A DNA stretch of 62,200 bases, filler included, from Kipferlia bialata (GCA_003568945.1; 5 parts of 5 records of this genome joined end to end with filler, not necessarily neighbours in it), one strand, 5' to 3'; positions 1-13,827 are shown, counted from the first letter of the whole stretch. Translations and numbers: made by a program. Notes: generated by a model from the letters alone, not told the origin.

Positions 1-3000
1 GTGAGAGTGGGGGAGAGAGTGAGGGAGAGAGTGAGGATGAGTGCATCAGCATGTCCGAGGGTGACAGTCCCCTCATCTCCAAGCACACAAGGACACCCCC
101 TCTATCCCCTACCACAGTCAGCCCCCACCCCATGTCCCCTGAGTACACTGTTGACCACATCCACGCCCATGACAGCTCTAGTGACTCTGCCTCTGACTCT
201 GACGCAGGCTTTGAGAGTGCCAGATCAGAGGAGGGGAGCCTCTTGGAGGATAGGGAGAGTGAGGGAGAGAGTGAGTCTGATGTCGATGTTGCTGAGGTTA
301 CTGTACCCGAGACCACCATCGAGCCCGAGGGCAGTGCCTCTGATGTTGACACAGAGGACGATGGGTACAGTGACGATGACGGGTATGACACAGAGCAGGA
401 GACAGAGGTACGAAGAATGATGTATATATTTGTGTATATGACTCTGTTCTGCATGGGCTGCCCCTCCCCCCTGCCACTTTATGGAACTGTCTATGACCCT
501 GCCCCTCACCCCACAGGTCGAGGCTGAGGGCAGTGACGATGAGACAGACGAGGACTCACGGGAGGATGAGAGTGAGGGGGAGATAGAGGAGGATAGTGAG
601 GGGGAGGAGGTCCCAACTGCCACACGGCTGCTCTCTCACTCAGGAGAGGGTACCCATGCTACACACACCACTGAGGGAGAGAGGGAGGGAGGCAGTGACG
701 ACGTTGATATGTGGAGTGCCTGTGAGGAGGATGAGAGGGCATCCCAGCTGGAGGTGGACTCAGAGGGGGAGAGTGAGGGGGAGAGTGAGGGAGAGAGTGA
801 CATGAGCGAGCTGGACCTTGGTGTCCCTCCCTCTCTCCCTCTAGATACCCTAGATGCCCTAGATGCCGTTGGGTCAGACATGGAGGGTGGACTGGAGGAG
901 TACCCCAGCATGGTACAGAGTGAGGGAGAGGGAGAGGCTGTGAGTGAGGGAGAGGGAGACATCTCCGTCCTAGAGTTTGGCACCCCCCCTCCCCCATCTA
1001 CCCAGCCAACGGAGTCCAGCCCTGTACACACACCCAAGGCAGAGACACAGAGAGAGAGGGAGAGAGAGGAGAGTGGCTCTGACAGTGAGGGAGAGAGTGA
1101 CGCCAGCTGTCTGGGGGATGAGACCACTGAGGAGGAGGAGGAGGACTCTCCCATCATCAATCCCTCTGCTAGGGTGCCCCTGTCACAGAGAGTGAGGGAG
1201 AGTGGCAGGAGGGGTGGCAGGACACTCAGAGGGGCGGTGCAGAGGACAGGTATGTGCAGCTGTATGTAACTATATGTATTTACTACTATGACATATAACT
1301 ATGTCTAGTTCTCACCCCCCAGGTCTGTTCGACTCTGACTCTGACTCTGACTCTGACTCTGCCCCATTGTCCATGACCAGGGGTGGCATGTCACTCTCTA
1401 GGACAAGCAGGAGACGCAGGAACAACAGGGTGGTTGAGTCTGAGTCTGAGGAGGAGGAGGAGAGAGAGGAGAGAGAGGAGAGAGAGGAGGAGGGTTCTGT
1501 GGGAGAGACTGGTGTGGCTGATGGCACTGTATCCCCTGTCACACTCAATGACACACCGGCATCCCCTGCGTCCCCTACATACTGTACCTCTCCTACCATG
1601 GGTAGCACCAGTCCCGTCCCTGCCTCTCTGGACAGCCCTGTACATAGTGTACACAGTGTACTGAGTGACATGGAGAGTGAGGGCGACGACGATGAGTATG
1701 GGAGTGAGAGTGACAGTGAGCTGCCCCCATCCCTCAACCCCAGTGAGAGAGAGGGAGAGGGAGAGGGAGAGGGAGAGGGAGAGGGAGACGGAGACGGAGA
1801 CGGAGAGGGGGATAGCCTCCTGGACTCTGACCCAGAGGACAGACCCAGACAGAGACCCAGAGAGAGAGAGAGACAGAGAGAGAGAGGGACTGCACACACC
1901 ACCACCTCCCGTGTTGGCGAGTCTGAGTCTGATGAGGACTCTCTCTCTGCCAGTGACTCTGAGGACGAGACATCCCCCATACTCACTCGTAGACAGAGGA
2001 GGAGGAAGAGAGCCCCCTCCCTTGTGTTGCTGAGTGACTCAGAGCTAGATGCAGAGAGTGAGGAGAGTGAGGGAGAGAGTGAGGGAGAGAGCGAGGAGGA
2101 GAGTGAGGAGGAGAGCGATGGCTACAGAGACGCCTCCTCCCTCCTCTCAGAGAGTGAGAGTGAGAGTGAGAGTGACCCCTTCGAGGCTGACTCACCCATA
2201 CCCAAGAGGGGCAAGGCTAGGGCTAAGGGGTCTAGGGGGGCTGCACAGAGACGCAGGGAGAGAGAGGCCCTGTATGACCAGGAGGAGGAGGAGGATGTGT
2301 CTGACATGGAGCCTGGCATAGTGTTCACACCCATTGACAGGGAGACAGCACCAGTGGACATACCATCGGAGGGCAGGCTCCAGAAGGTGGGGGGATATGC
2401 TCTATAGAATAGTATACTATCTACAACCTCCAATTGTTGGTCAGAGTCAAGGAATCCCTCAGTCTCTCGATACACACTCCCTCTGTGACTCACCCCAGGG
2501 CTACGAGTGCCTGTACCCCCACCAGAGGCATGGTGTGCAGTGGCTATATACCCTGTGGAGGCAGGGGCAGAGGGGGCATGGGGGTATACTCGCAGATGAC
2601 ATGGGCCTGGGCAAGACTATCCAGGTGGATACAATACTATATATATACACACTCACATTCTCCCTCTGCCCCCCTTACCCCAGGTCTCCTACACCCTGCG
2701 TGCCCTGTTCCACCTCAAGACTCTCTCTCTCTCTCTCTCTCCCCCTCACTCCCTCTCTCTTACCTCCAGGTCTCCTACACCCTGCGTGCCCTGTTCCACC
2801 TCAAGGCCATCAGACATGCCCTGCTGGTAGTCCCTGCCTCACTGATCGGCAACTGGCAGAAGGAGTTGGCCAAGTGGTGCCCCAACGCAAACGTGAGTGC
2901 ATAGATGCATAGGGATACTGATATGTATTGGTAGTTTTGTGGTATATGTATATACCGCCTTACCCCAGGTTGTACTGTTCCATGGTGCAGTGGGACCAAG

Positions 3001-6000
3001 GAGGAGGGCCATACAGCAGGTGGAGTGTACATACAATCATACGCACTCATTTGTATATATATGCGTGTGACTATCGATGTCCGTATACACTCTCTCATCC
3101 CAGGCCATGGGCTCTAGGAGTGTTGTCATCACCACCTATGGCACCATGGTGTCTGACCTGGCATCCATAGTCAACCCACTAGGTATATAGTATAGTATAT
3201 AGTATATTAATATATGTATATATAATAATAGATAGTGTGTGTGTATATATGCATATATGTATATAGTATACATATGCACCTATGGCACCATGGTGTCAGA
3301 CCTGGCATCCATAGTCAACCCACTAGGTATATAGTGAATACATATACATGTGACATGTTGGTGTAGGTATACATGCATATCCACTCACCCCAGACCAGTC
3401 TGACATGCGTGTGTGGGACTCTATCCTCTCTCTCTCTCTATTTATATTCATTGCAAATACTCACCCCAGACCAGTGTGACACGACTCTACCAGTACCTCC
3501 CTCTCTTTGTCTCTCTATTACTTATGGATTCTTCTCTTTTGAACTGATACTCACCCCAGACCAGTGTGACATGCGTGTGTGGGACTATACCATATCCCTT
3601 CTCTCTCTCTCTCTATATATATATGTAACTAATACTCACCCCAGACCAGTGTGACATGCGTGTGTGGGATGCTGCCAAGGAGGGTGCTGGCAAGTGGAAG
3701 GGCAAGGGCAGGGGGAGGGCAGGGTACGGCAGGGACGACGGCAGAGACCCAATGCACCCACCAGAGGGTACGTGGTATCATGTCTATATACGCTATGGAT
3801 AGCTCTTATGTGTACCCTTACCCCCAGCTGCCATAGAGTGCGGCTCTGCGTAGTGTGTTCCTTGTATAATGTATAATGTATATTGTATGTATGTGTATAT
3901 ATACATATATATACGTGTCTCACCCCCAGGTGCCATGGAGTGGGGCTGTGTGGTGTGTGACGAGGCCAACAAGATCAAGAACCCCAAGAGCCAGATGGGC
4001 ATGGCCATCAGGTACTATGAGACATATACCTACTTCTGTACATACATACTAACCTGTATGTATTCAATAGTCAAACCCCAGGTTCATCGAGGCCCAGACC
4101 AGAGATACTATGAATCTATATCTATATATATATATTTTGTGTGTATTATTATTATTATACGTGCATACCCCCCCACCCCCCAGGTTCATCGAGGCCCAGA
4201 CCAGAGTGGCACTCACAGGCACACCCCTACAGGTGGGGTCTCTCTCTCTCTCTCTCTCTGTATATCCCTATACTAACCCTAGAACCAGCTGCAGGACCTG
4301 TGGGCCCTTGTCAACTGGGTCACCAAGGGGCAGATACTAGGACCTCACAGGGAGTTCCTAAAGGTATATATAGTACTCTCTGAGACATTGCTCTCTCTGC
4401 GTCCCTCTCTATCACATTATGGTGTCAGTTTCCTCCCTCTCGTATTTGTAGTGTGTTTGATGAGTCTTCCCTCTCTCTCCCTCACCCCCCAGAAGTTCGG
4501 TGAGCCTGTCAAGAGGATGCGGTCCAAGGATGCCTCCCACTACGAGAGGAGACACGGGGCACAGATGCTGACGAGGTATACACTATCTGTATACTGATGC
4601 ACTGTGACTATATAGTCATATATATACTGGTACCCTGTTCTGACCTCAGGCTGCATGACCTGTGTGAGCCCTTCCTGCTGAGGAGGGACAAGGCCAGTGT
4701 ATCAAAGGCAGAGGCAGAGGCAGAGGCAGAGAGGGCTCTGCAGATAGAGGCCAGTGGTGATGGCAGTGTGGTACCCTCCCCTCCCTCCACCAAGGGGAAG
4801 CTGGACACACTGCCTGCCAAGCTGGACCTGGTGGTGTGGGTACCACTGTCCCTGACACAGCTGCTGATGTACCACACACTGCTGAGGTACGGTGTATTTA
4901 TACATTTATGTATTCATATATATATATATATATATGTATACATAAACTTATGCCCAGGTCCGGTGCCTTCCGGGCCATGCTCAATGCAGACAGAGAGAGG
5001 AAGAGAGAGTCCTTCAAGCTGATAGCACTGCTCAGGAAGATATGCGACTCGGGGGACATGGTGGGTGGCAGTGTCACCATCAATATGGGGTCTCTCTCTC
5101 TCTTTATATATATATACCTAACCCCAGGTCTCCGAGCATGACTATGAGATGTGGCCACCCGAGGTGACGGCCATGCTCAGGGGCCTACTCAGACAGGTGA
5201 GTGTCTCTCTCTGTCTCTCTTTACTCTCTTGCTAGCCTCAACGCCTTCCCACCCCAGGTCCCCCCCCGCCACCGTTCCTCCAAGCTGTCCTTTGTGCATG
5301 ACCTGTCTGTGTCACTGAGGGGGGTGGATGCAGACAGACCCGACCACAAGCTACTGGTCTTCAGTGAGCACACAACAACACTCGATATGATACAGGTGCC
5401 ATATACTGTATAGTGTACTTATGATAGTGTACTTATATTAACCTAGTGTCTATGCACCCCCTCACCCAGGCTGGGTTTGAGGAGCAGGGCCTGTCCTACC
5501 TCAGGATGGATGGAAGTACACCCATCAAGGACAGACAGGGGCTGATTGACAGGTATAGATTTAGTGTATGTATATTTGTGCATATATACGTATCCCTAAC
5601 ACCCACTCCTACCCCACATTTGCCATATAGAAATCACATAATTCTTCCCGTATATTCACTACATAATCTAACCACAGATTCAACGCCCCCTCCTCGTCCA
5701 CCTTTGCCTTCCTGCTGACCACCGGGGTGGGTGCCATGGGACTCAACCTCACAGCGGCAGACAGGGTGCTGCTCTTTGACCCGGGTAGGGTGTCCCTCCC
5801 AATACATTGGACATATATACAAATATATATATACCAGAACATTGGATATATGTACAGATCTATTACTAACCCCAGCCTGGAGCCCTGGCATTGAGTTCCC
5901 GCCCTCTCTCTCTCTTCTATTCCTCTCTCCCTCACCCCAGCCTGGAGCCCTGGCATTCTCTGCCTCTCTCTCATATCCAGTTCCTATTGCTAACCCCCAG

Positions 6001-6204
6001 CCTGGAGCCCTGTAATCGATGTCCCCCTCTCTCTCTCCCTCTCTCTCTGTCTTTCTTCCCAACCCCAGCCTGGAGCCCTGGCATTGAGGAACAGTCCATC
6101 GACAGGGCATACAGGATAGGCCAGAAGAGACCAGTCGTGGTGTACAGGCTCATCACTGTCAGCACAATCGAGGAGAGGATGTTCTCGAAGCAGGTACTGT
6201 CACC

Positions 6205-6238
<34 letters not shown>

Positions 6239-6968
6239 GCCCTTTATTCACCCTAGGTGTTCAAGCATGGCCTCTCCCTGGCAGCAGTGGAGAAGAAGAA
6301 CACACGGAGGTTGGTATATCAGTTCTACTATGTATCTGTCCATGTGTATGTGTGTATCTGTGCGCATATATATATATATTTATATATATATGTGTGTTTG
6401 TGTATACTCTGACCCCAGGTGGTTTGGCCAGAAGGAGATGGGCGGTCTTGACACCCCCCCTGCCATCCCCCACTATGATGCATGTACTGCCAGGGCATTG
6501 TCAGATGCAGCAGGGGATGTCTTTGAGAGACTGGCAGACCACTATGAGACACTGATACCCGGTGTGTGCACCCACCTTAAGGGTCTACTTGGTCAGTACA
6601 GACTGGGGGCAGATGCGGCACTGCCCCTATTGAGGGCCGAGTATAGGACAGCCCTGCTGGGTGGGGACGGGGACTGGGACGGAGACAGACACGCGGCTGG
6701 GGAGGAGGGAGAGATGAACCCCCCAGTGGCCCTGTCTCTCCATAAGGAGACCACATCCCTCAAGGAGAATCCCTTAGCGGAGGGGGGTATGGGTATGGGT
6801 ATGTCTCAGGAGATGGGGCAGGGGCGGAGGGTGATGAGCATCAACACTGGTGGTAGGGGCAGGGCCAGGCCTAGCAGTGTACCCACACCCTCCCAGGCAC
6901 AGACCGACAAGGCCAGGGAGATGGCAATGCTCTTTGGGGCACCTGGATCCAGACTCGGCCAGAGGTAG
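1..6968 (+). CDS. SNF2-family ATPase, ERCC6L/PICH-like, multi-exon, 5' end outside window, long acidic N-terminus
   Basis: Spliced exons give [25 protein letters not shown] (motif I), [110 protein letters not shown]. Stop TAG ends at 6968. Confidence 0.9.
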
Positions 6969-7344
6969 AGAGACCCTATTTGAGAGAGAGGGTGTGGAGT
7001 ATGTGTTTATCACTGTTGACCCCTTTCCCATTTGGGTGACATCACACTGAGTAGTGGATGCACCCCACACTAAATATCGTTTCGTATATAGAGTAGATCT
7101 AATGCGAGAGCTTATTGAAGGAGTAGTCGGGATCTCACTATTACAGTCACTGCCAAAATCAACAACCAACAACACAATTGACGAAACGACAAATATATTT
7201 GAAAATGGTAAAAACACGTACCAAATACACATCCACGCTACCAACTTAGTTGTAAAAGGAGACAGGACGACAATAAGCCACAACAACCACTCCCCACCCA
7301 TACCCTCGGGCGGTCAGAGTCTAACGGAGTCTACCCGAGCCGTC

Positions 7345-9944
7345 TTACTGGCTCTTCTTGCCCTTCTTGCCCTTCTTGGCCTTCTTCTCAGGCTTGGCGG
7401 CACCCTTGGCGGCCACCTTCTCGGTGAGCCTCTCCCGCCTCTCCTCCCTGACCTGATCATGCCTCTTCATCCGAGAGTACACACGGGCCTGCTTCTTCGA
7501 GAGCATGGCCTTCCTGACCTCTAGCTCGTCCTCCTCGAGGGTGACGTTGGCCTCAACCACATCTCCGGCATCGGCGCCCTCCTCGACAACCACGTCCTCC
7601 TCCTCGTCAGAGACAGCCTCGCCCTGGCTCTCCTCATCCTCGGCGCCCTGCTCCTCGCCTCTCTCGTCCCTCTCCCTCTGCTCCAGCTCAGCCAGGTCCA
7701 CGCCCAGCTCCCTGGCCTTGGCCTGCTTGACGTACATCTCAATCTCGTTGGCCCTCTCGGGGATGTGGCCGTCCTGGAACCTCATGTCGATCTGCTGGGC
7801 GAAGGGGGAGAGGTGGGGGGGCAGGGCATCCACAGAGGTCAGGTACTCGGAGGTGGGGAGGCGCACCACGTGGTTGAGAGAGTCAAAGAACCACTGGGGC
7901 TGGAGGTACTCGCAGCCGGGGATCCTGGCGCCAACAACCTGGGGTCAGTATCAGTATGATGAGACATCCACACACACATATAATATGTATACTATAGAGT
8001 ATATACATACAAGAGTACATACACGAACCTTGTCCATGTGGTGTGGGGGCCTGTCCACCACAAAGTGGGTGGGTGTGAGGTCCGAGTCCTTGAGGCATGC
8101 GAAGGGGATGACGGTGGCACCGGCAGAGGTGCATGTCAGCCACAGGGGGTGGTGGGGGATCTCGCGGCTGAAGGCAACGACCATGCCCTGCAGTGAGGGG
8201 AGGGGGAGGAAGAGAGATAGGGAGAGTGACTGGGACTACTATTATCTCTCTATATACACTGTCCCTCTCACCTTGAAAATCTTCTGGGATAGTGTCCATG
8301 TGGGTGTCTTGGTCTTCTCCTCTCTCTCCACAACCTCTCCGTCCTCACCACTGCCCTCACTCTCCTCGCTCTCCTCCTCGACCTCCTCCCTCTCCACAGG
8401 GGTCCACACCTGGGGGTCAGCATCATTCTGCTACATCAATATATATATATATATATATATACATATCAAGGAGTATATATATACATACCTTGGTGGTGTA
8501 GTCCACGAGGACAGGGGGGTAGGGCCGGGAGATGGAGCCGTAGAGACGGAACAGCACAAACCCGAGCATGGTGGAGTAGAACTCAATGAAGGTGCGCATC
8601 ACACGGAAGTCGACATCGGCATTGGGCTCGGCTGGGGGTGAGAGTGAGAAGGAGAGGGGGGGGGGGCAGAGAGAGAGCAAGAGAGAGAGAGAGAGTGTGT
8701 GTGTGGTCCGTACCCAGGTACTGGTGGGGCTCCACCCACACGATGGGGACGCCCTCGACATTGGCCTGGTAGTACATGCCCTTGATGGAGGCAAAGGACT
8801 TGGACACAGCCCTGGGGGTGAGGGAAGGGAGAGAGAGAGAGGCAAAGGACTAACACAGCCATGAGTGGTAAGGATTGCTTGGGATATACCCAGGAGTGAC
8901 CGATACATCCACCATGTCTCCCTACCTAGTCTCAGCCAGGTATGCGTGCCACTCATCGAGCAGCCTCTTGCAGTTAGAGATGACCCTGGAGTCAGAGAGA
9001 GGTGGAGAGACAGAGAGAGCAGAGAGGGAGATGACCTGGTCAGAGAGATGGGGATAGTCGAGAGGAACATACTAATATATGGGATACTGTCTGATAGTAA
9101 CCAGTACACCAACCCTTCCCCAACACCCTTCTCCATGCACCCATAATAGGGGCATATAGGGCATATACGCATACCTAGGGTCGACTCCCTTCTCGGCTGG
9201 GAGGTGTGCAAAGAGGCAGATGAGGGACAGACAGTCTCCCAGCTCCCTGAGGGCATCCACAAAGGTGGGGTACCTCTCACGCACAATGTGGTCAAGGGCA
9301 TAGGTGGGAGCCATGACCTAGAGTGAGGAAGATGTATAGGGAGCAGCAGTATGTGACTCTGAATCACACAACAATTACTCACTCACCTTCAGCATCTTGG
9401 CACGGCTACGCTCGCCTCTGTGGGCCCTCTTGGCAACCTAGGAGTAAGAAAGAAGATACATCACAGACAAAACCTGTTCAAACATGAATGATGTGGAAGA
9501 AATGTAGTAAAGATATGCAGACACTCTGAGACTTGTACACAATCTCACCTTGCGCTTGTGGACCTTGATCTCCCTGAAGCTGTTAAGCACTGGCTCATGG
9601 GCCAGGAATGTGATATCCTTCTTCAGGTAGTAGGTGGTGTTGGGGCCACTGAGCTTCTTGCTAGGGACACGGGGGTAGATGCCCTTCAGGATGCACAGAC
9701 GACGGAAGTCAGCCAGAGAGATCTGGAGCTTCTTGATGGCCTGGCTACGGGACACAAAGTTGGTGCCTGGTCCGACGGTTCCCTGAGTGAGCAGTAAGAG
9801 GAGATAGAGGGGAAAAAGTGACAGTGTGAAGAGATTCCAGCCTATACCACATTACAGATGTCTTAGAGCACCCAGACGACACAAAAATATTCAAAAGGAA
9901 CCTAGCCGTCGTCACTGACTAACCTTCTTAATGATCTTGCCCAT
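7345..9944 (-). CDS. PES1: Pescadillo/Nop7 homolog (PeBoW complex), multi-exon
   Basis: [84 protein letters not shown]-like [27 protein letters not shown], basic C-terminus. Confidence 0.97.
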
Positions 9945-10059
9945 TTTGAGAGGTTCAAAGAGACCAAGGTGTCGATTTGCATATCTGGACACAGAGTCAG
10001 ATTGGTAAGTCACACTTCTAACATTTTTACAAGTTTTACCTTAATTGCTAAACTTGAGG
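9945..10059. promoter_or_regulatory. Putative bidirectional promoter (115 bp between divergent ATGs)
   Basis: Pescadillo ATG at 9944 (-) and next gene ATG at 10060 (+), with an AT-rich core at 10015-10055. Confidence 0.55.
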
Positions 10060-12414
10060 ATGGCTGGCTGTCTCTCACATCTTTCTGCCAGCACTACTGC
10101 AGATGAGTGGCGCTACTGAGAGCGGCAGGCAGGGCCTGTCCCCAGAGTGCACTGCAGTCCCATATGGGAAGCTCCTGGTGGTGTTCATTGACCAGACATT
10201 GGCCATAGTCGACACAGGTGCATTTACATAGTGCCCATGTATATACTCATTCATGTAGGGCAACTCATATCAGAGATGAAGCTGGCTCTGTGGGCCCAGA
10301 CGCTGCCCTCTACTGTCCGGACGGTGACAGTGGAGACTGTGGAGGGTGAGAAGGAGGAGGGAGAGACTGAGGGTGCCAGGCAGTCCTTTGCCGTGTGTGA
10401 GTGCTACGAGGAGGAGGCAGACAAGGAGATAGTCAGGGTGCCACTCCCAGCATCTGCCCCCAGGACAGCTCTTGCTGCCATTGCTCACAGGTCAGTGTCA
10501 CTCTCATAACAGCATATGAATCTGATACACCTAGTAACACCCCTCATGTATAGGTCTGTGACCCGGCGAGTGTTCAGCACTGGTGAGGTGCACGCACCCA
10601 AGAAGGGATTGTCCAAGGTGAGAATGTGTGGAGTCAGTATCAGCGCCTATTACCTCTAGTGTCTTACTCCTTATATACTCTCACACAGTTTCTCTCCCCT
10701 CTCACCCTCAGGTGAAGGACGTCGCTGCCTCCATCGAGGCTGTCCTTGCCCACCCCAACACTGTGTCTGCCATGCTGCCTGCCCTGTGCACAGCAGTCCA
10801 GGACCTGAAGAGAGTGGCACTCACCACCAAGGTACAGAAACTCATATACTAAGAGATAGGTGCAGTGTACACTCTCTTACCCCCCCCTTCTCCCTCACCC
10901 CCCCAGGCTGCCTTCTACGCCGCCCTAGCCGTTGTTGCTGAGGAGCTGAACGTCCCTCCCCCACCCCTGGCCGCTGCTGAGTGTGAGGACCTGGTCACCC
11001 ATGCTCTGAGCGATACTGATGCCAAGCACACCCAGGCATACACCGTGTCCCTGTCCCTGCTGGCACCCGTCCTGCCCACCTCCTGTATCGTATCTATACT
11101 GGAGGGGGAGAGTGGGTCTGACAGCATCGAGGGGGAGGCAGAGAGGGCCCATGCCCTGACCCTGTCGGCTGATCTCTTCATGGCTGTGGTGGGGTCCAGG
11201 ACAGCACCAGGTGTGTATTGAGCTATAAGTGTATATTTATGTATGTATGTGTATTCTGTACGTGTGGCTGTTGTCTATGCCGCATCTAGTCGGGACCGTG
11301 GTGTCTCTGTATCTTGTGGATGGCTGTTACTTGCAGTGTCAGATTCAGAGGCTCACCCCCAGATGTGCTTGGGAAGCAGATTGGATCCAAGCTGTCCCCA
11401 GCTGCTGCCCTGCAGACACTCAGGTATATATATATGTGTATATGTATATATATATATATCTGATACAGTATATACCTATAGGCAGAGTGTAGGGTGTATA
11501 TATGTGTGTGTACAAGCTGTCCCCAGCTGCTGCTCTGCAGACACTTAGGTATGATATGCATGTATATATGCAGACAGCGTATATACTATTATTATTTTGA
11601 ATAGAGCGTATCCATGTATATATACTGGCTGTCCCCAGCTGCTGCCCTGCAGACACTCAGGTATGGATACACCTATGATATCGAACATATCTATACCTAT
11701 TCTGGTATCCGTATTAGTATATATGCATGTGTACCCCCTGTATCGTGCATATCCATGTCTCACCCCCCAGGACCTGCACCCTCATTCTGACTGGCTACCA
11801 CACCATGAGCCCCCTCGTCTCAGGTGACACCCCCTCTGCCCCAGTGGAGATGGGGGCATTCACCCGGCTCTTCTCAGCCTCCTTTGTAGAAAGGGTCCAG
11901 GCCAGGGCGGCCCTGCGCCTCCGGTCCCCCCCCTCCCCCACCCAGCTCACCTCTCTGCTCTGCGGGATAGTGCACCCAGGCGTCATGCCCCTCATCAGGT
12001 ACATAACTTAATACACACACACGCACACACATATATATACTCATAGTATATACCTCTAAGCCCCAACGGCCGATGCCGAGTGGCTGGAGGGCATGTCACG
12101 TATTCATATTAATTATAATTTATATATGTATGTCTATGCATGCACTCACCCCAGGGCCAATGCCGGGTGGCTGGAGGGCATGTCACGTATTTATATATAC
12201 TATTATATATTTATATATGTGTGTCTATGCATTCACTCACCCCAGGGCCGATGCCGAGTGGCTGGAGGGCATGAAGACCCTCCGCACCGTTGTCCAGGCC
12301 CTAGTAGAGTGTGGGTCAGCCTCGGGTGCCCTGGTGGGTGCCATTGAGGAGATACTGTACTCCAGGATGGGGGAGCCAGAACCCCTCTACTACGTGGAGC
12401 ATGTCAGTCTCTAA
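10060..12414 (+). CDS. Multi-exon hypothetical protein, possibly NOL11/Utp8-like
   Basis: Canonical introns link a plausible reading frame ending ..MKTLRTVVQALVECGSASGALVGAIEEILYSRMGEPEPLYYVEHVSL*, resembling the NOL11/Utp8 C-terminal Y-x-[IV]-E-x-x-x-[LF] end. Confidence 0.45.
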
Positions 12415-12758
12415 GTAGGGTTCATGTGTGTGTGGTTGTTTTGTGTACCCAGTGTGTGTGCCTGATTCGATGTATCCGTCAGGCATCAATTTAATATAGT
12501 GTTCGTCACCTATGACTGTGTTTGTGTATGGGAGGCAATACTGATTGCAGTAGGAAGCTACTAGACTCAAATGCTAGTGAGAAACGCAATGATTCTATTG
12601 CCGTTGGATACCCGTACAAAGCAGCAAGTGGACGATATATAAAAGAAGACAGACTAATTGACACACAAGAGAACACGACCAACTGCCTTTGGATGGGCAC
12701 ACATCCACACCCACATACATATGCATGAGTGAGTGCGTGGGTGTAAGGCGAATGCCTT

Positions 12759-13721
12759 CTACGCCTGGTTGACCCTCCACAGCTTGACCACCATGTCGTT
12801 GCCACCAGTGGCTATGACCTAGGGGGGTAAGGTGGGGTATCATAACATCACATCACTATATATATACACATATATACATGTATACATCCACCCACCCTCT
12901 GCTTGGGGTGGCTGTCCACAGCTAGTAGTAATACACACCAGTAAATATATATATATATATACAAACTCATATCTATATAGACTCACCCTCTGCTTGGAGT
13001 GGCTGTGCACCGCTAGGACAAGCATGTGTATATGACAAATGCCAGAATATATACATTCATACATATACATATATGTATATATACATATATATATACATAA
13101 TACTCACCCTCTGCTTGGGGTGGCTGTGCACAGCCAGGGCAGGCACCACAGTCCCACTGCCCTCACAGTGATCAACCCTACACGACATGACACCGTTCCT
13201 GATGCCATTCTGGGTGTGGCCTGGGGGTCAGGGTATGTACATAACAGTATATGAGGCACTTATGGTCTGTCCATACCTCCCTGCACCGAGTATATGCCGG
13301 GCCTTCCGTCCTCTGACCCAGTCAGCACATAGGGGCTCTTGCCACCTAAGATGAGTAAGGAGACATGTAAAGTGTACGTATATATGAACCACATAGGGGC
13401 TCTTGCCTGGGGGGAGTGGGCAGGCGCAACAGTCAATATACGTGTAGTGAATAGTGCACTCTATACCCCTTACCTCCATAGAACCATGAGACGTGATGGG
13501 CAAGGCCTCCACTCTGGTGGCCTCCGCTGAATCTGGGTGAGACGAGAGTCTACAATGAATACAGAGATATTTACTAATAATATATCAACGTAGCACCGTA
13601 CCTAACCACCCTGACTTTCTTGGCCACGGACATGAGAGTCATCTCACTGTCCAGTCCGGCAGTCAGCATGTACTTGCCATTGGCTGAGTACTTGACAGCA
13701 ACCTAGGGTGAGGAAGGATAC

Positions 13722-13759
<38 letters not shown>

Positions 13760-13827
13760 GAGAGGGAGAGAGACAGCATGTACTTGCCATTGGCAGAGTA
13801 CTTGACAGCAACCTAGGGTGAGGAGGG

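Noticed and set aside
7054..7524. 156-aa plus-strand ORF between SNF2 and pescadillo
   Set aside because: Non-ATG start, overlaps the pescadillo 3' end antisense, and has no motif. The region is likely convergent 3' UTRs.
9438..9755. ORF-track entry for the pescadillo N-terminus labelled minus strand, and many other overlapping ORFs (YIYI, SLSL, ERER-rich)
   Set aside because: The pescadillo ORF is only one exon plus intron read-through. Most others are microsatellite or antisense shadows of spliced genes and are not independent CDS.
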